Source: Phyllosticta citribraziliensis (lineage: Eukaryota). Taken from it: DNA of 64,000 bases. The notes under the pieces are model-generated. The model saw only the letters and a list, made by a program, of their open reading frames with translations, was not told the DNA's origin and ran no database searches. This document shows, piece by piece, positions 63,901 to 64,000 of this stretch. The position numbers and the translations under genes were made by a program. Position 1 is the first letter of the stretch. Each line of letters starts with the position of its first letter. Location: contig NW_027117343.1 of NCBI RefSeq assembly GCF_038025025.1, forward strand, positions 1,860,001-1,924,000, in the 5' to 3' direction.

Positions 63901-64000
63901 CTGCTCGACAGCGCCGCAACCCCAGCGTCGATCTCGAAACCCATCTCTCATTTGTTCTGCCCAGGCACGCGCGACCAGGACGTCTGTCAAGCCGTGCGTG

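Noticed and set aside
61000..64000. Short ORFs and microsatellite-like tracts (GAT, GGT, CAGT, GCCT-type)
   Set aside because: Ordinary intergenic/UTR low-complexity sequence; no codon bias or recognisable domain, and no periodic TATA structure like 1-5200.

Overview
Filamentous ascomycete genomic DNA (spliceosomal GT-AG introns with CTRAC branch points, very high GC3, strong RIP), plausibly a Dothideomycete. Layout: (i) 1-~5200, an apparently non-coding, degenerate tandem array of at least 9 units of ~570 bp. Each unit carries a back-to-back pair of TATA boxes plus several position-fixed motifs, and the array runs off the left edge. This is the most unusual element in the window. (ii) A low-complexity hypothetical gene, a malic enzyme and a CPD photolyase. 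(iii) 12429-~44680, a 32-kb RIP-destroyed AT-rich nest of LTR retrotransposons: an outer Copia, three LTR-bounded chromodomain Gypsy elements, and inverted or truncated copies. (iv) A PD-(D/E)xK-like (DUF7924-type) gene with a duplicated 3' end, a GH115 alpha-glucuronidase, a UPF0390 small protein, MTC1, an AT-hook protein, an NDUFAF3/Mth938 protein and a small hypothetical gene. All alignments and family calls were made by eye, without database searches.
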